28,036 nt of DNA, from the IMG/VR virus record IMGVR_UViG_3300046311_000132, positions 1-28,036 of that record. One strand, given 5' to 3'. Numbering within the stretch: position 1 is the first letter of the stretch; the number at the start of each line of letters is the position of its first letter. The translations under genes were made by a program, and so were the position numbers. The notes beneath the pieces were generated by a model that saw only the letters and a program-made list of their open reading frames with translations, searched no databases and was not told the DNA's origin. Positions 27,301 to 28,036 of the stretch are shown here, in pieces. This stretch comes from a virus (Duplodnaviria; Caudoviricetes).

Positions 27301-28036
27301 CTACCAAGACCCCACCGCCCAGCCCGGCCCGCCGATGGCCCTGAACGACGACATCCGCCGCGTCATGGACCGCATGCTGGCCACCGACACCCAGATCGCC
27401 GAGGCCAACGAAGTGTCGGGCCTGCTGCCCGACCTGGAAGCGGACGCGCTGGCGGCCGAGCGCCTGAACAAACGCAGCATGGCCGACCTGAAGTGGTCGG
27501 TGCGGGCGCTCGACGCTGTCATCATGAAACTGCGCAAGCAGGCCAAAGCCATCGAGAAGACCATCCGCAGCGAGGTTACCGCCGAGGTCAACGCGATGCG
27601 CGAGGTCCAGGCCCGGGACCTGCTGGCCAAGTCTCAGAAGGACAACGACGGCAAGCTGAACGAGACCGAGCGGGCGATCATCGCCGACGCCTTCAGCTAC
27701 GGGACCGTGGACGAAATGCTCCAGTCCATCGACGCTTTCGGCAGCAAGGCCGACGTCATCGACGGCATGACCCAGCAGCGCATGCTGGAGGAGCACGGCG
27801 ACCTGACCGACGACGACGCCATCCGCCAGGCCGCGTTGGAAGCGGTGCACAACGAGGCCCGCGCGCGAAGCCTGGCCACCGAACTGCGCACCCAGTCCGA
27901 GATGCTGAACCCCCGCACCGACACCGGCGAGACCAACGCCAAGGGCAGCAAGATCACCGTCAACGCACTGATCGAGGCGGCCAAGCAGTTCGCTGCCAAC
28001 GTCGTAGCGCGCACGCCCCTGCGCGACCTGAAGTCC
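21329..28036 (+). CDS. Giant polyvalent internal virion/ejection protein (gp16 position), >2,236 aa, truncated by the window end
   Basis: GTG 21329 overlaps the upstream stop (GTGA). On manual reading the frame stays open to 28036 with strong GC3 bias: MSFDPNTARLDEGPAP... Contains several recognisable enzyme-like modules. Absent from the ORF track because it has no stop. Confidence 0.92.
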   Translation, partial: MSFDPNTARLDEGPAPTPAAKSQGPTGLFDPRTAIADDAPPAREVVRQAVKVKPEAAAEADRLSRRYPAPYEVVKRNADDFQMFDIAERVSDELSQAPHLTAAFRNNPRVAELAHDDVPTLAKIERTIGNATRYVMGAGKTKPADDIRAAGKAIDEAGVTLGLGATVGVGKMAFDIFGAATDLLGLDGVAASARNNANRAGEAMDAEGLQPTTSTGKAVKSGLQSAGTNLALLPAGLARGLYATASQAATTVAGLMGAGVGADAYNEARDKGKGKTASLAYGIPQGVFEFVFEKIPAQKLFGDLASNAGLMQTLKHQAFSEVWTEQMTTLAQDFNTWMNLNPERTLADFIAERPEAAYQTLVATLVGVGVQTTTIHGINKAVEKAADTRLQFEQDLLEEQMKLAATSALRERSPEQFRTLMAQIVETSDAPQKSIHVDAQVLNQLSEDVLAQLPESVRAQIPAEAAKNGTVEISIADVLTVAPGTPLEQVLNDNARMTPEALSRADALAAGDKAQVLRQEAEQVIQQAQDQAAAQADYDQVQQMYAQQVAASGRYRPAVADAMGHWLASFYTAYGSRSGMTAVEMQARYPVRVLGEATTDADVLNDTGLPGAITVDGYHFSAAARPTLSTAFYGTGLKGSAREEITSYPDKRVGQRLSFYVDKGTGIRPEAGVGGVAHRAKLSNVYDANADPLKLRSGDARAFESKLLDLGYSGYLDRMEGDQPGQVVMLGDQAIQAEVLGPLSKIDTGERVPALQRKEAKWQTIDANLTRDQAERLLAKRQAMSAWSGYELMLRPDSMDPENFFEIRSRKRGDVFEQPAVIAGLARIEKNLTKAERDKLNAGTSQRLVDLFDSLPDTKDFAAAAWAGRAKRGWYKQSAAAIGQIFGPDAPRFAGLLAAMSPQTSVQINLLNALRTWKNWTDAGRPQTREEILQIMGRSVEGRGGVDSVLDAWVNNSVRALTTDAPGVDLLSGPKVDSFMRNLLGDVEQVTNDAWMANFALVDQKMFKGGLNKTDAGKGPGYLAMSAKVRAAAKMLSEKTGETWTPAEVQETIWSWAKTLYEAQVGGVSATDILYNEELTDDMIRSTPDFKGLFHDEQYASILRDAGYGNQLAELDPGQPADEADRAARETAPFDSATQSRLEVRSAKRLEELKQRGEGVGREEAPDEGVYNQAGDGAGRYSSGGLAPLEGAPAVEGASGPDPRLVAVAEKYAASQGLTLRRQGAYVQVDEARAARIAQAYDEMKHDPQDPAVKAAYDDLIRQTLAQYLALQQAGYTFTFFDSKTDPYAGNPWNAMRDLRANQTMAVYGTYEGFGSSDLDVSQNPLLADTGLEWPDQNGVMHPVLANDLFRAVHDAFGHGLEGAGFRAQGEENAWQAHSRLFTGPALGAITSETRGQNSWLNYGPHGAANRNAKVEDTVFADQKTGLMPEWTWTEGRAPDEQSAFDKWFGGSKVVGADGKPLVVYHGTPADFEAFDTSKIAPYDPDARGNGFNFSSETWVADLFTRRKGSVIPAYLSIKNPVSRGKANALAERYSFDEWMARQPAANTIDDAVRLELESMGYDGIRRSATHWIAFRPEQIKSAIGNDGTFDANDPSILSQRAATPRGTFNPATLELVLNPNANLSTFFHETGHFFLEVMADIASQPGAPAQITEDMATFLKWAGFKDLATWNALDLEGKRTAHERWAESIEQYVMEGRAPSVELQPLMRRFATWLKSVYGSIKAFLASRGQAAPGGAALNQSAFHGTPHRFDKFTTDKIGTGEGAQAYGWGLYFASKKGIAEHYRKMLLMAKGVDLWTDELRAQLPPTRTRAESDEFNGLNIKLIRNDNLPAAEMARWRELKNIDTTHNEAIARLQPKGQLYEVDIPEDSEMLLWDRPLSEQPEGVRKALSALIESDVEARRIRMVQDGEAESDAAAEAVYWRERYKNARGGEAYKGASVRLGSDKAVSEAMMVAGIKGIKYLDGTSRNAGDGTHNYVIFSGDDVAIRQTFYQDPTAQPGPPMALNDDIRRVMDRMLATDTQIAEANEVSGLLPDLEADALAAERLNKRSMADLKWSVRALDAVIMKLRKQAKAIEKTIRSEVTAEVNAMREVQARDLLAKSQKDNDGKLNETERAIIADAFSYGTVDEMLQSIDAFGSKADVIDGMTQQRMLEEHGDLTDDDAIRQAALEAVHNEARARSLATELRTQSEMLNPRTDTGETNAKGSKITVNALIEAAKQFAANVVARTPLRDLKS
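23165..23527 (+). other. ADP-ribosyltransferase-like module 1 in the giant ORF
   Basis: GYHFS...FYGTG.KG...LSFYV...NVYD...GYSGY...VVML pattern. Confidence 0.55.
23930..24499 (+). other. HhH-GPD DNA glycosylase-like module in the giant ORF
   Basis: GWY...LLAAMSPQTSV..N...LSGPKVDSF..NL.....VTNDAWM...EVQETIW. Lys and Asp occupy HhH-GPD-like catalytic positions. Confidence 0.6.
24902..25621 (+). other. HDxxGH (zincin-like variant) module in the giant ORF
   Basis: NDLFRAVHDAFGH...F...GEENAW..H...ETRGQNSWLN. Confidence 0.55.
25652..26128 (+). other. ADP-ribosyltransferase-like module 2 (ART-PolyVal type)
   Basis: FDKWFGGSKVV..DGKPLVVYHGT...F..F...G.GF.F...PAYLSIKNP...GYDGI...AF.PEQIKSAIGNDGTF. 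Confidence 0.8.
26144..26497 (+). other. Zincin metallopeptidase module (HExxH)
   Basis: RGTF...NLSTFFHETGH (26213-26227)...HERWAE, with the third-ligand Glu at 26378. Confidence 0.75.
26549..27307 (+). other. ADP-ribosyltransferase-like module 3
   Basis: AFHGTPH.FDKF...KIGTGEGAQAYGWGLYFA...A.HY...GQLYEVDIP...GIKGIKYLDG.SR......NYVIF. Confidence 0.75.

Noticed and set aside
21329-28036. Virion RNA polymerase (N4- or crAss-like) identity for the giant ORF
   Set aside because: I did not see a DxDxD/DFDID or T7-type polymerase motif in the available part. The remainder of the gene is outside the window.
1-28036. Stop-codon reassignment, tRNA genes, lysis cassette, integrase
   Set aside because: All core genes read intact in the standard code with tight coupling. 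No cloverleaf, holin/endolysin or recombinase motifs recognised.

Overview
The window is the packaging and virion-morphogenesis half of a GC-rich podovirus or prophage (roughly two-thirds GC by eye). Its gene order resembles Bordetella phage BPP-1 and T7, judged from motifs and synteny rather than a database search. Left to right on the + strand it carries: a divergent HTH gene pair with an inverted-repeat-rich intergenic region; small and large terminase; three tandem small Met-Cys-initiated ORFs; the portal; a ~7.5 kb block of accessory or receptor-binding genes, including an SGNH esterase and a 679-aa fibre; a Bbp19-like gene, scaffold, major capsid and cement protein; tail tubular A and B; and the ejection (internal virion) proteins. 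The window ends inside a >2,236-aa ORF (21329 to the window end, missing from the supplied ORF track because it has no stop). That ORF is a modular polyvalent ejection protein with three ADP-ribosyltransferase-like modules, an HhH-GPD glycosylase-like module, an HDxxGH module and an HExxH zincin, joined by recurrent [LFY]-x-Q linkers. The other main signals are a four-copy promoter-like motif GTAGCCCTG-N16/17-(A/T)A(C/A)A(A/G)T that appears to drive leaderless mRNAs, a shared 'TLDDFxLSG' peptide motif in three accessory proteins, and a 12-bp inverted repeat spanning two divergent start codons. I saw no tRNA, rRNA, CRISPR array, integrase, lysis gene or DGR.
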